From Bugula neritina (lineage: Eukaryota; Animalia; Bryozoa), in contig OZ037765.1 in NCBI GenBank assembly GCA_964035545.1, forward strand, positions 16,368,995 through 16,432,994: a stretch of 64,000 bases of DNA, given 5' to 3'. The notes beneath the pieces were generated by a model. The model was given only the letters and a program-made list of their open reading frames with translations, was not told the DNA's origin and searched no databases. The position numbers were made by a program, and so were the translations under genes. How positions within the stretch are numbered: position 1 is the first letter of the stretch; each line of letters opens with the position of its first letter. This document shows, one piece after another, positions 1 through 15,743 of this stretch.

Positions 1-1310
1 ATCACATTGACGTTGACATCGGAAATGTTTGTGCTTGACTGCTTGCAAGTGACTTGTGGATTGACATTAATGTTAGTTTATGATATTGTATTGCAATGTG
101 ATAAATTATAAATAATATGTTGCAAAGATACTCTACTACTTATTAGAGTTCGTCTGAGATTTAGTTTAATGATTTCTATCGCTGTGACCTGCAACTCGTC
201 TTTGTTTCATAATATTGGAAATAAGCTATTTACTAGCATTTTCTGATGTTCAATTGTATGCTAAAGGCAGCAATTTTGATGCTTGATAACTATAGTAAGG
301 TAGTTTTATTTGTTATTGCACTTGGCAGCATGTATATATGGTCTTTGTTATTTCAAACTTTTAAACCACCCTTCAGGTTAATTTGTGTGTTGCAGTGGCT
401 AAGAATAGTGGTAATAATAATTATCAGTAATTAGTGTTAGTTCTCTACCACTGTGACCACTGAGCTGGACTGCAACATCATCAGCAGGTGAGCTGAATGG
501 CAATAATTATATGGAGAAATGTGTGCACAAATTTTATTGTAAAAACAGTTAGTTGTGGTATGCAACTCTCAAATTGTATTCAACTGATAGCTTAGGCTTT
601 AGATCTCTTTAAGCTGTATAAGAGTAACTATGCAATTTACTCTATGGATATATCTGCTCACCTTTACATTTTTATTACATAATACAGCTGCTTTCATTTA
701 AAAAATAAAATAATTTTAGTGTTAAATTATACTTTACTGTAATGATTGATATCTTGTTGTGTTTGGTTGAATTTAAGCTCAATAGTTTCTGCTTTCCGAT
801 TTATTATGTTGGTTGAATGAATATATGCTGGTATCACATTAATTTTGTTGTACAGTTGGGAAAGGTGGCAGTTAATGGTGTAGGTGATGTGTTGGTTAGC
901 ATTCACTGCAGTTGTTGCTGGCAGAGTGTGCGCCATCTCCATAAACTGTATTTCAAATAGAGCATTTTTCAAGTATTTATACACGTCAGGCATGAAAAGT
1001 ACACCTCTTATCACATACACAATAAAATTGAAAAATAGTAAACCAATATAATTGATATTCACAAGACTTTTAAGCAATTATGTCAAAGTAGCAAAACTGA
1101 GGAGTATAACACTAGTTTTAGCCATCCTTTGCCTATACATCATAGTATGGTAGTCATTTTATGCATAATCGTGAAGAAAATGAAGCCAATAAGTTGAATG
1201 TTAGAAAATTGGCAGATGGCCTATGCACTTTGTTGTTATAAGCCTTACTACATGAACAAAGTTTTTCAGCTCATTTTCTTTGTGATTTATTTACTCTAAT
1301 TTTGATGTAG

Positions 1311-4300
1311 GCTCTGGGTGTAAAGGTGGCATATTGGCCTTGGATGGGCGGAATGGTGAGATTTTGTGGAGAATGCACACAAAGGATGAAGTCTACGAGC
1401 TTACTTGTCCTGATTCGTATGATGTGAATGGAGATGGTGCATCAGATTGTATAGCTTCTGGAAGATTTGGTACATTTATGGCTTTTGATCCCAGAGCAGG
1501 TAATGCATTATTTGAAGAAGTTATTTTGCTTATTGATTTTGGTGAGAATCATTTGCTGCATGAAAGGATTAGTAAAGGGATATGTCCATCCCTGTTAGAG
1601 TTTGTGCTCATCATCCATAATTGGCTTTTTCTTAAAATCTTGCAGCATATATTTGTCATGTAGGTGTGTTTTGCTTTTAGGAAAGATGATATGGTCTATG
1701 CCAACATCTGTAAACATGAAGTGGAATGTGTTTGCTGCTGCTTTCATCCAGGACATTGATGATGATGGTGTGGGGGACATGGTGGTAGTCAATGGAGGTG
1801 ACACCACCTTTCAAGCTGGGGTAATCTGCACATGGCATTTTGTCTTTTTGTCTCAGTAGTAAGAATGCTTGTGCATCAGTATAATGTTCAACCACTAAGA
1901 TGGGTTGTTTTCTTTGGAAGGAGTTGAATAGGCCAGGTAACTGGGTAGTGGTGGTGAGTGGTAGAACTGGTGATATGATAGGAGAGAAGACTCTGCCTGT
2001 TCCTGATGACCATGAGAGTTACAGTCTACCTACTGTCTACAACATGCCTGATGGCTCCCAGTATATCTTCTTTGGTTCAGGAGGAGAGACTATACGAGGT
2101 ACATAAGCTCCCTTTCTGCCTTTACTGCAAAACTAGTAACTTTACTGGTTAAGCACACGGACAGCTAGTTTTATGACTATTGTATGTGCAAACAAAACAT
2201 CAATCTTATTGAATAAACTGAGACGATGATCATAATTTAAGTGTAAATCACATTATTGGAGGTAGAAGTTTGATTGTTCTAATTGGTAATTCCATTGCTT
2301 CTTACAAAATATCTGCTCTTGAAAATATTTTTGGTTGATTTCTTTTCCTATTTAACAAAATATGATTTGTAAACTAATGTTTTCTTATACCATAGTTGAA
2401 TATTAATTTACTAGTATATAAATTTGTATGTATAATGCAAAACAATTTGGTGTTTAAAACTCTTCAATTTCAGAATTATTCTGAATAGCAGTTAGTTTTC
2501 TAGCACCTATAAGGCTGTGATAGCTAAACTAAATGGTTCTGCATCCTTCTTAGGCTTAGAGGACCGCTATTTTCAGGTTTGCTATCAGGGTGTGTGTAAT
2601 TAACATTTGGTTGTGGTGCTATGATTAATCAATATTTTTATGCCACTCTTCCTTTCCCATCGGCATTTGTTGCTCCTAATATTTATTTAATTGTATATTT
2701 TTACGCTGCCGAGTAATTGCTTGGTTTCTCTCACTGCTTCTAAGTTCTTTTTACATCTAAGATACTTACCATCAGATCTTCAAGTAATGGTAAACTTAAA
2801 ATCAATTAACGAACTTTTTTGTTAAGAAAATAATATATTCAGACACTTTTTTATATCAATACATAGCTGGTTAATCAATCAAAATTAGAAGAATACTTTA
2901 CATATACCCTGTCTAGTTCTCCCTTAAATTATCGCTGAAACCCAAACTAGAAAATAATCAAATTGGCTTAGAGTTTTCGGTTTTCCTGTGTAATGAGCTA
3001 TGCTGAATTGTTTTAGACGCCCACATTTTGTAGAATGCAGAATGTACTAAAGTTCATAATGGCCGGGTAGCAGGGTCAAACAATCCTAATAAGCTGACTT
3101 TTACATGGTGTTGGCTTACTTGCTGTATTGGATTGGCATACTTAGCATAGCATATAATTATATAGGTGGCCTTCATATGATTTCATTGAAAGACCTACTG
3201 ACCTACATCCGCCCACTCAACCCTTATCAGTTGAAGGGAGGCTATACTTATTGGAATGAAGTAGCTCATACGAAACATGTAACTGGAGTCGTTACACTTT
3301 ACTGGTAAACACTCGATTTAGCTGCCAGTCTAAGTTAAGAATACACACCAAACCTTGAGTGCTGTGTTATAGGAACAAACAGCTAAACACATTTGGTGGT
3401 GTTGCAATTTATCAAAAAAAATTTGCTGCATAAATTTTGAGATAATTTGCCAGTGTTAATTTTTAAGTTGATTCAATTTAACAATATAACAGTTTAAAAA
3501 AATGTTTATTAGGTGCATTGTATATATTTCAAAATAGTTTCAATATAATATTTTGTAACTGCCCTTTAAATTTAGCTTAATGTAAATTTTAAAGATGTAG
3601 AGCTGTTTGTTATCAGGACGAACATGAAGGGAGTTATACTACCAGTTACTTTTGCTGACCTCAACAATGATGGAATGAACGATATCTTAGCTATTACTTT
3701 TGACGGCATTGTTTTGGCATACTCTGGCGTAGACCTGACATACCTCTGGCCACCACAGAACTTCTCAGTTGGCACGGCCAGCACAGAGAGTTACTCGTGA
3801 GTAAGACAGCTGTTTGTAAATGTGTTGTTACTAGTAGCTTTTCTTGTAGCCATTATCAGCAGCTATTCTGGCTCCTATTGCCAGTCCTTCTTCTAATAAT
3901 CATAACTCTGACTCGTCACAAATAACTACTATTGTATCACTAGCTGCTGGCTCTAGTCACCGCTTACGCCTTGTGCTATTAGATTTTTTGACAAATTTTC
4001 ATTATTTGTTGACTACTGCAGTAATCTCTCAATTTTATTTCACATAAATATGGGCCATTGTATGTCTTTTTTGTAAATATGTTGAATATAATTAGGTTTT
4101 TTATGTAATTTTTATTTTATAATTCTTGTTTACTTTTTACATGTTTTATATTTGAAACGTAATTTATTAGATTTAGCTAAAATTTTAACTTGCCAAAATT
4201 TGCTTCTTTTTTTCTAGTTTCCCAGGGTTTGGCTTTTTCAATGATGATCAGTATCTTGATATCATGATAGGCTGGCAAACTGGAAGTTATCCTTTGTATG

Positions 4301-7300
4301 ACTCTCTGATGGTTAGTTGACTTCAATTCCTAACCAAACTTGTTAAACCTGTGTAGTAGTTGTTTATTATTCTCAATAATCATGTGTTATGTTTTTAATT
4401 TTTGATTAGTATCTAGCCCTAGAAATATGGTTCATTAAGGGCGTAATAGTTTTTGACCTGTGCTATAAATAGTGCTTTTTGCTGTTGACTTCCATAATTT
4501 ATAAATGTAAAAAAAAACTTTGGAACTACCTTTAAAGAAGTTGGTTTACAGCTTGAAAAGGCTTTCAGTCAACACATTATGCTAATAGCAATTGCAGAAG
4601 TCTAAATCTTGAACTTTAAAACAGATCTTTAAATTTCCAGGTTCAGCTGCTTGACTTCTAAAGCTATGGCTCATTTACAAACTATTGTGGTACATCTTTA
4701 GCTTTTTTGAGAACAACTTGAAAAATTAAAAATTTATTTTGCAAGAAAAAATATCTGTTAAGTGTTGGTGCGCTTGTTATAATTAATGAATTTTACACTA
4801 TGGGATTACAATAGAAGTTTCAAAAAAGTGAACAATGTGTTTAAATTTTTAAAACTCCAGACAATCTACTATTTTTGGTGAAAGAAATCACTACTCCAAA
4901 AAATTGCTATACAAACAAAAAATTGAGTTATGCCTCAACTTGTATATGAATACAACTTTATGATTTTTCCAAACCTCTGTAATCTGCATTGTTTTGGAAA
5001 TTGAACTTTAATAATAAGGAAGTTGTGTGCCCATTGCTTTTTTGTTATTTGCTACTTCTGTTTTCTCTTTATATCTTTACAATCAAGTAATAGTAAAAAA
5101 AAATGTGTTTTCAACCTCATTACTTATCAAATTACCTGCTTTAATCCATATCACTAAATTTGTTTTGAAAAATTGTGAAGACTGTATGATTTTTATGATA
5201 TGTGTGTGGTTATTTCATGTTGCGAACCGTTACCTATTCAACTTTCTGCACTAACATCAATAAGTTATGGTTTTGTTGCAGATCTACATTCTAGATGGTA
5301 AATCAGGGGATGTGCTGTGGTATAAGGACAGTCCAGGGGCGTATGATTACACTGTATCACCACCTCTAACTCTCTCCACTTCCATGTCATTCAGAGATGC
5401 TTTCATATTTAGAATCAGTTCAACAAATGTTCCATTCAAAATACTTACTAATCACAGCGTAAGTACAACGGTATCCGACCGCCAGTTTCTATGTAAGTAG
5501 GTGACCAGCTCTCTCAGCACTCTATTTGTTACCTCTCTATCTGCATGCAAGTTCAGTGCTACCCGATGTGTAATATATAGCATATATATTGTTGAATGAT
5601 GTAGTCACGGGACTGCTTTCTCTTGCAGGATCCTGACCACTCCGATTTACTCACTAAGCGGCATATTGGAATGCATGAGAAAGGTATTAGTGTTTCCCCT
5701 ATTGCTATCGTTAGTTTGAATTCATAGAAGTAAACAAAATTTTGTGGTTCACTTGTTTTACTTTGCAAATCACTACACAAGTGCCCTTCTGGTACATGTG
5801 CTGGTTGTGCTGTATATACAAGCCGATTAGTATTTAATGTGCACCTCATACACTAACTTCCAGTGTATGCCCTAATTGCTAATAAGTTATTTTGCAGGTG
5901 CCCAGTCGTGTGATGACATGGACACTAAGTTTGTTGACACATTTATTATGGACAGAAGCAATATGGAGTCACCTCTACTTTTATATACTCAACACGCTCA
6001 GCCATATTATTACAGTGCGTATTCTTCTATACTGCAATCTGTGTTGTTCTATATTATAACATGTATTATTATTTCTTTTTTAAAACATTATTTGATATAC
6101 CAATGTTGTTGATTTCTAAACTGCTGGTGCCATATGAGAATTGCATTGGGTTTTCCAGACGTCACAAAAGAGCTGGTTGAGGAGTATAAGATGACCAGCT
6201 TAATAAGTAGCCTACCTGACAGTAAAAGGCAGCGTTATCCTAGACATGCTGGCAGCCATGATGATGCAGAGACGAACAGCGACTCTATGCAGAAGTGCTC
6301 AAGGTTTAATCCTCGAGACTCATCAGCAGGTAGAAGTAGACATCAGTTACACAGCAGATTATATAACCATAGCAACTCAGTCTTCAGACTGTTTGGGCAG
6401 ATGTCTGCATGGTTTTGCAGCAGTATTAATCTAATCTTTGCAATAATGTACTCTACTATAGTGTTTGTCACCAATAGTTATGCAACTAATGTGGTCTCTA
6501 AAACGACTTAGAGGTGTGAAGTGATGTTGAAAACTTATTAATTCAATTTGTTATTATACAAACACTATTGCTTATAATAATGAATGTGATGAGACAATAT
6601 TTGCCCAAGTTTTGTCCCATGGCTACTGTAGGCCTGTATAGTTTGATTAGATGAATAGTTCATGCTTGTGAATGGACTAAATCGTTGTTTTAACATTTCC
6701 ACATTGTGCAACATATAGGTTGTGTTTACAGGTATATTGTTGGATATCAACAATGATGGTGAAATAGACTATGTTACTGTGGATGTTGCCTTTACTAATC
6801 CAAATGTTTATGGCTATCATCCTGCATCTGGTGTGGTTCTCAAAACTATAATTCGAAAGTTCAGTCTTGAGAAACTGTGGAAACTAAAGTTGTTGCCTCA
6901 GGTAAGTTCAGGTGCACAACTTTTAATAGATAATTGCTATACTATGGCCCAGTGCACTGGTCTAGTAAGTGCTAGGTCATTAGTTCCATTAGTGCCCTTG
7001 ATAATGCCAGGAAGAGCACTGATCACAGTTACTGCTGTGCTGTAGTCAAACCATGTTGCCAGCGTGGTGAGAGGCATGATCTGCATGAAACACTTACACA
7101 ACTATTCTCATAGTGGTGCAGGATGAAAAAAGCAAAAGTGTAATGGAGGCTTCAATATACTGTAATAATAGTAATAGGCAGTTGGTGTAAATATGAGCAG
7201 TTTGTTAATATTTCAGGAAAGGTTTTTATTTGCTACAAATCGCTACACAGTATTATCTGTTGATGATTAACATTCTGTATTATTTATTATTATGCTAGTT

Positions 7301-7611
7301 AGTTGGCTTTAAATTAGGTTTAGTGATCATTGTATTTCTGTGACGTTGTGACCTTAGTAAAATATGCTGACAGCTCACATTGAATTCAAATTTATTGCTA
7401 AGGAGAATGGGGCAAAAGTAGGTCGTTCAGATTTGGGTTTGTATAAACCAAATCAACTGTAGAATAATGCTCATTTCAGATCAATCTCAAGGAAGTTACG
7501 GCGACTTTTTCCTCTGCGGAAAGAATTCCATTGGCTAATATTTCTCTCGCTCATATGTCAACTCAGAAGTGGCCGCAGCATTTAGGTCGATATCAAAATG
7601 GAGTATATTAG
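1311..7611 (+). CDS. FAM234-like FG-GAP/integrin-alpha-type beta-propeller protein, 5'-incomplete, 12 coding exons reconstructed
   Basis: Phase-consistent GT-AG exons 1311-1499, 1681-1820, 1921-2098, 3166-3278, 3576-3796, 4218-4311, 5282-5458, 5629-5683, 5898-6014, 6159-6329, 6732-6901, 7480-7611 (TAG). Repeated DxNxDGxxD loops (DVNGDGASD, DIDDDGVGD, DLNNDGMND, FFNDDQYLD, DINNDGEID), propeller strands (ALDGRNGEILW, ILDGKSGDVLW) and a FGSGGET motif. The exon 4 donor was chosen for phase. Start codon not found. Confidence 0.8.
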
Positions 7612-8331
7612 AATATTTATAATCAGAGACAATCTCTTATTTTTACATCACGTTTAGTTCATGTTGACAAATCTCTTTGCACACTCTTTGTAAGTGACTG
7701 TGCAGAATATATATTCTAGTCATAATCCGTTGCACTTTTATTACTTCATTATTGCAAATATTTATATTCACTACTTTTGTCAATTTTAGCATACTTTTAA
7801 ATTTACAATCTCTACACTTGTATATGGCTATATTATATTTTATTAATTATTTGCCTAAATTTCATCTTTGTCATGTATTTTGATGGTGTCTATATATTTA
7901 TGTTCCAGTGTTTTGTTAACATGGGCAATTTCTAGACATTAGGAGCAATATAATTTTGAAGTCTACGTAGTTCATTATTAGAAGTTAGCAAAGCGTTTTT
8001 ATATCACTCGCAATATCAATAATAAATTTATTTTAGCAGTGTTTGCTGCTATAGCAAACTTTATTGTTGGGTTAATAATAATGTATGATTCAGTTACAGT
8101 ACTATTATACTCAATATACCCTATTTGTTGCTAGTCATGTGCTACAATTAGGAATCCAGAAGTAAAGCTAATGCAGGTTTTGTTAATTGAACTTCAGGTG
8201 CTCATTATTGAAAATAGAATTCTTATTCAATTGATTGAACAAGTAGAACAGTACATAAAGATAATAATTGGAACAATGGTAGTACATCAAATAGTAATAA
8301 CTATTTCTAAACAGCTCAAACAGGCTCTGAG

Positions 8332-10240
8332 CTAATTATAAGTCATGGAAAGTCCAACTTTTTCTACCAACGCTCTAAAATTCTGAGACAATGCAATGAG
8401 AGCAACTGTTGTCCGGTGGCATAAGCAATCATCTGTCATGATCCTTTCTTCCCTTTTAACTTTATGGGATGCTGTTCTACGAAATCTCTGATTCTCATCT
8501 GCAATTTTGAAAAAGTATATACTTTTGTGCTATTTGTATGTCAGCAAAGTTTGGGTTATGTGGTTGTTTTTTGTGATGACAATAACATGATCTTGTAAAT
8601 TTGAATTGAAAAGTTATATCAGGATAGTTTTGAAATGATTGGGGAAGCCACAAAGAAAATGAATTATTTGATATTCTCACCAAGACGCTTCAACTCTGAT
8701 AGGAAACTTTGTGCTCTACCATAACAACCACTTGGTCTTTGCCAATCAAGTATTGACTGAACCCATTCATATCTTGAAAACTCTTTGTAATAGCCAGACA
8801 ATCCGCACAGGCCCACTATATAAAAATTATATTTTACATAAATGATGCCAGCTGCATGAGCTGAATAAAATTCATTTGATTATGAACACTGGAGATATAA
8901 TTTAAGAGCTCTTGTTTAAAAATTTAACTAGTGCTAATATTCGATTTTACATTAATTGTCAAAACAGATAAACCAGATCTATGGAATGTATACAGCTGCT
9001 ACCTTGTTCCATAAACAGATCCTGTTGTATATCTGAGTTCTTAGATTCTCTTGTTGCTTCCACAAATGTTTTTGCACACAACTGACTTAACAAATTGCGT
9101 ATAACGCTCTTTGATGTTTCAGACAAACACTTGGACTGCAAATAGTACTACATTATTAAAAATTATTACCAAAATATTTAATAAACAAACCACATAGAAA
9201 GTGCATAAAATCTAAACTTCACAACTTTCTGCCATGGCTCTGTTTTAATCAAACTCCTGCATTATGCATATGCTAACTAAAACAGAAAAGTGCATTTTGA
9301 ATTTTAGATGGGATGGGGCTATAATTGAAGAAGGTGTATACTGTATGCAGCAGGTGTTGAGATTTGAGTATAAAATCAATGTTTATGAAATAGTGCACAG
9401 TTAGTATCATTATCACTATTTTACTGTGATTGCACTTGTGGGCAACATATGAGATAGGTGAATGCATTGACTTTTCTTCAACCGTGGTGATATTGCAGGC
9501 TGTAATGAAATAGTCTACTCGTATATTATAAATAATCATGGTAACGGAAAGTCATTGTTCAGAGGAAAAACTCTAATAGCAAGTCTCAGAACAGGCTTGT
9601 TGAGCCAATTAATTTTTTGGGCCGTGGCAAGTTGACAAATTCGCATTTATTGAGGTGCTGACAGTATTCTCTAACACACAGCTGTCTAGCAGCTGAGATA
9701 TTTTCGTAGACCTTTTTATTTCCTCACAATGTGTTAAAATAGATTGGCAGTTCATTAATTTCTTGTACGTTTCACATAACACACTTTCATATCCATTACA
9801 AGAACTAATTAAACTGTGGGTTATTCCAGGAAACTGAAGTAGACTTTTTCACAAAAGAATTACAATATTGTCAATAAGCTGAATAAGTTAAGTCAAAGAC
9901 TGCATTTCAGTAACAAAATTCTTTTGTGCATGTGCATCTTTATATGAGTTATGAATATGTGACAATAAAGTTAATAAAACCAAGATTTTAAACTTGTCAT
10001 GCATGAAATATTACAAATAATATTTGTACAATAGGCCTACATATTATCCATTGTCATGATTTACCTCTGAAGTAATCAAAAAGTAGTAAACTTGATGTGT
10101 AGCAGAATATCCACGAACATGATCCAGAGTCATCATGTTAATACAGTCGTCACTTATGTCACACCTACATGAGACATACATACTCAGAGCTATGTAATAT
10201 TTTGCTAATTTAATGATTAAAAAGTATCTTATATATACAA

Positions 10241-10325
<85 letters not shown>

Positions 10326-13300
10326 AATCTGTGGACAGCAGCTGTTTCGGGATTTGTCCCCTCATCAACACAGAACAGAGTACCATGGCCCACACCTTCG
10401 CAATAGTAGAAACTATATATATATAATATTAAATGTTCTGTTGCTATGATAGTCACGCCCCATTTATAAGCATTCTATCACTTCTATCACACTGCATATG
10501 TCACATCATATTCATTTGTCCAACTGATTTACCTGCCATCTATTACTTCTTCTAAGCATTCATCAGAGTTATTTTCACTGAATGATTCTAAGGATTTGTT
10601 CTCTCTTGCATAACTAGCATCGTTTTCTTCTGAATTAATCAGCCCAGCAATTTGTTCGTAAAACTTTCTTTTCTCTTCCTTTTTTATTTCTCTCTGAATT
10701 ATTATTCGCCAAGGTGTAAGGTCTGCCAACTTTCCCAACTCTTTACAATATAGTACAATAGTTTATTAGAGCAATATATAGAAGTTTATTACTATGCATG
10801 CAAATCACTGCAAATTCAACATACTCTACGAGGTATAAGACATATTTGTTTACTGTATTCCATGATTAAAGCCTAGAAATTGTTGGCCACTGAATTTCTT
10901 TTGCTTTATGTCATACTGACAATATTACTAAATAATGACAAAAGTAACATTAATTTTTTTATTTAATACCACACACTCATGCAAACACACGCAAACACCC
11001 ACAAACACATATAAATTACCATATACTCTATTCTAGCTGTGAGAATGGAGAGATGGTCTATAGCAGGAGCAAGTGCGGGCCCCAGCCTAACTTTATGTGA
11101 CCTTTAAAGGCATAACAAGTTACAAATTACAATTGTCTTTTTCTTCAATTTTCTGATTTTTCCGGGAAGTTCCAATATATACAAGACAAGAGGATATTAC
11201 TTAGCTGTTACTAAGTGCCTTACTAATGGTTGAATGACTTAATTTAAGTATATAACCATAAATATACTTTACACAAATGTAGCCTATAGAATAGGAATAT
11301 GAATATAATATATAGTGTATTATATTTCACTGGCTCGAACATCTATGCCCTATGAGCATGTATATGGTTGGCAAACAATGTTATAAATGTCTTATTTTGA
11401 TACAGCTGCTATACAACACATGTACAAAGCCTGCAGTAATTATTTGAATTTTCCTGTTTAATGACTTTTATCAATTTATAATGATGTGATTTGAAACATG
11501 CTGATGCTATGCCCCATTCAAGCTAAAGTTTACTTAAGTGACAGCTTCTGAAAAGGTTGGACACTCCTGGTCTAAAGAGTAGAAAACTTGAGATCTAGTT
11601 AACCTTAAACAAAGTAGTTACAGCTAGCTATGGCATGCAAGGTGGTCAAAGATTTACAAAGCATGCAGTCATTATTTTTCTATAAAACTAAATGCATGTG
11701 GCTATTTATAAACTGAACTAACAGCCGATCTATCCATTGTGTTGTCTTTGTAGAGTTTCTTATATCACCAAATGCACATTTCTGCTGTTATATTCACAGT
11801 TAATAAGTCATTATTTCACAGTTAACAAGCAGCCATTGAAATTGTTATTAACTTTTAACAAACTATTGAACACTATACATTAACATACAAACATATACAA
11901 TAGTATTCCCCATTTAGTTTTTGCTGCTAAAGGAAATATACTTTTGGAATTATTAGAGTGTACAAATTTTGGTTTTAGTGATAAGCTGTATTGAAAGATA
12001 AAATACAATAATCTATATGGGAACTTTGAAAAAGGTTTTTGATTGAGGCAAACTACTACACATAGCAGAGATGTAAAATGCTTGTTAGAAAGCTCAAACC
12101 TTTTAAAAATTTGTTGCATGGGTTAAATAAGAACAGTACTGTTCAATAGTTTTTAAATCATGAAATATTTTATGGCCTAGGCTACCATATAATATAAAAC
12201 ATTGTATACTATATACTGTAAAATAATATTTACTATATATCATAAAATATTATATACTTTATTATAAAACATTATATATACTATATATCATAAAACATTA
12301 CATAATACATACCATAAATATTATATACTATATAATCTTATAAAATCTTATAAAATATTTTATAATACTTTATATCATAAAATGTTGTTATCAAATATTT
12401 GCTAATTGAGTAGTCATACGTTTACAGTAATATTATTCTTTTTTTTCTATCATTGTAGTCTGCACAATATTAAAAAATCAGGTGAGCTCAGCATATTCAA
12501 CAATTGAGATCAAGTATTATAAGATAGTTGTCAAAATCAGGAACACGCAGTAACCCATCCCTTATTTTTCTTGAGGTCCTCTAAACTTAATAGCGCCTCT
12601 TCCTGCTGTAATAACCATTTTCATTCCGCAATAGCATATGTGAAATTTCGTATTAAAAGTTCTCAATCATAATTTGACATAGTGTCAGTGATACACTGAA
12701 ATGTTAAAAGGGGATATATATAACAAGTAATTAGTCAACTATTGTCACTAGTTACTTAATCTCTGGGTCAATGAGCAGCTTCAGTAATTTATGCTATTCC
12801 TGTGTTATTCTTAAAAATGCAAAGTTAATACAATTATTAAAGTATTTTCAACACATCAGTATCAATATGTAATAAGCTATTTATTTTTCGAAGAAAACCT
12901 GTAAAATACACAATTGACTATGATTATGATTTGTTTTAAAAATTTCCGGCTGGCTTAATACAATAGTCTATTTTTTTTAACTTATTTAGCTGAAAAGATT
13001 TTAAGTTGCAGCCTAAAACATAAAAGTTTAATATCTTATTACTTGTAAGGAAGAGTTCTTTACTGTCTCTTCTCTGATATCCTACTTTGTGAGACTGAAA
13101 ACTGTATTGCTAGTTTTAGAGTACCAGAACATTTCTCCACACTTTGATTATTGAATAAAAGTTATATGAACAGTATTAATAGCTATAGCAGATTAGATAA
13201 AGACTATAGTAGAGCTATAATAATAAGTAGAACAGTACTCATTAAGTATATATAGTAAAGAAAAAACAAGTGTGAGAAAATGAATAATGGCACAAGTTGA

Positions 13301-15644
13301 AAATCAAGTAATAAATCTAGCAGTTTGTAAAACAGATACCCTGCACAAACTATAGACTATGAGAACCTTTTGTGAGCACATAAAATAAAATAACCAGTGA
13401 GTTCTTAACCATTTGACACTATAAAAATAGTAATTCTCCAAACTTCAAGAAAGTGCCAATAAAACAGATATAGCTGTGCTGCATTGCTATAAGTTTTTAT
13501 TTATGAAAGTATTTCAATATAGAACCAAAATCAGCTACGAGCCTAGTTGTTCATCATTCTAGTACATTCTAAGCTGAAATACTAAAATTAATATTTTTAG
13601 TAGTATAGGGGTAATGGGTGGGGAGAGGGGGGGGCACAGCGGGACGAATTTCGCAATTTTTGCTCTCATTCGTCTGTTTTTTAAGTTACTAGTTCAATAA
13701 TCTCTAGTCTTAATGCTGCATCTGTTGTCTATTACAGGTATCAGTTTGTTGTTTCTATCTCTCTCACAACTTTCAGAATAAGGAAATTTTCATGACGAAA
13801 AAATCGGCCCATTGTGCCCCGGTAACGGGTTACAATGGGCCACTGGATGGAACACAACAAATATATTGAAACTTTGCGGGTTTTGTTGCATCTAATCTTC
13901 ATTTATTTAATATTACAAATAAATAAAGATATTCTTTCAGATCTACAGCAAAATTCATATTTTAGCTGTACAGTTTGTGCCACCACGGATAGCAGAGGAA
14001 GGCAAAATCAAATGCACATCACTCGGTTCTACAGTGCCATTATCATTACTGTTTAGAACTAAAAATGTTTTATTTATTTTGACTTTAGAGGAACTTTTAT
14101 CAGAAAAAAACTTTAGTAACATGTACTACAAAATTCCGAGTGGACTTTTTTCTATGAACTGTAGCTAAGGTGCATGGCTTCGGTTTGTGGCTGGAGTACG
14201 GAAGGGAGAGGGAGGGGAGGAAATGAGCAAATCACAATTTATTTTAGTCAAATACACGAATATTCCCTCAATGATATAATATATAATGAATATCATGACT
14301 ATCTACTATAGTAGCAACAGCAGAGTGTTTTGTATTATGAATTAAATGGCAAAAAACTTTAACCTCACCAGATGTATATATTAGGGGAGCTTCACCTTGT
14401 AGTTTTGTAGTCTTACTTACCATGATGTCTTTGATATTTTACAAAAAGGTCAGAAATGGCTATATCTATAGATTTTAGTAACATTTCAACCAATTTTTTA
14501 GGCAAACAAACTAATAACAGTGATCAGGGTGCAATAATCAGATGGCCAGTTGTGCCCCGGTCAGCGTGGCCCATTGTGCCCAGCGTTGCCAAACTGAAAA
14601 TAAATGCAGCTCAAGAAAAATTTATTTTAGGGTTTGCTGTTATACTAGTTAACCAATGTAGAGACAAGCAATGGCAACAATATCAGTAAAATTTACAAAA
14701 AGTAGGTAAAAACAGTTTTTTACTCGCCTTTTCAACACGTATGTGCCGCAAGTGTTGAAACTACAATGGCTGAATAATTATGTCAATACCTTTTTATGAA
14801 AAGAAATCACAACTCTAAGTCAATAAGTTCGCTCACAATTTGCATGGCCGGCTTTTTGTACCCCTATGACCATTGTGCCCCCCCTCCCCCCTGTTACCCC
14901 TATTAAAGCTGTAAATATTTACTGTGTATATCAATTATAATGTTTACTAGTTTCCTGCCGCTACTTTATACAGTTCCATGCAAAGCTTATTAAAATATTT
15001 ATTTGAGAATGGTGCATGAAAGTATGCTAAATAATTAGTGAAGTTTTCTAGGCATCTTTCAATTAAATCTTTTTAAAAGATTTTGAGTATAGTTTACCTG
15101 AAATGCTTAAAATAACCATTTTTAAAATATATAAGTTGAAGAAAAATTTTCTTCTGTTGTTTTCTAATTGCCTGGTTTTCTCTCAATATAAACAGGCATG
15201 CATAGAAAGTTATGCGATTCTTATGATTGAAGAGACCAGTTCTTTGTATATATCATATGCTTATTTAATAATAGAAGTTAGCTGCATGAGATGCTCTATT
15301 AAAATGTTTTAACTTCAACGGTTCACAAACTCAAACAATAAATTGTAGAAGAACTGAACCAAGTTAATCAATTACAAATTCTAAGAAATTAGCCTCAAAT
15401 AGATTGAACAAATCTCAAATAATCAGCTGATGTGCTTATAAGAAAATGTACAGGTTCAGTTAAAATGGCATTAAATTAACTAAAGAAGTTGAACTAGAAG
15501 TTCTACCAATAATATATACTTATTCGGTGCAACATAGGAATGTGTGGACTTGTTTTCATATAAACAGTTACAGTAATATCGCCATCATATTATTATGTAC
15601 TCGATACACGCACACACGCACACACACACACACACGCACACACC

Positions 15645-15743
<99 letters not shown>

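Noticed and set aside
727-1077. 116-aa minus-strand ORF
   Set aside because: No recognisable domain or splice partners; may be intronic noise or a decayed element. It cannot be supported.
10213-10456. YI-repeat ORFs (also 15527-15760)
   Set aside because: Translations of (TA)n microsatellites.
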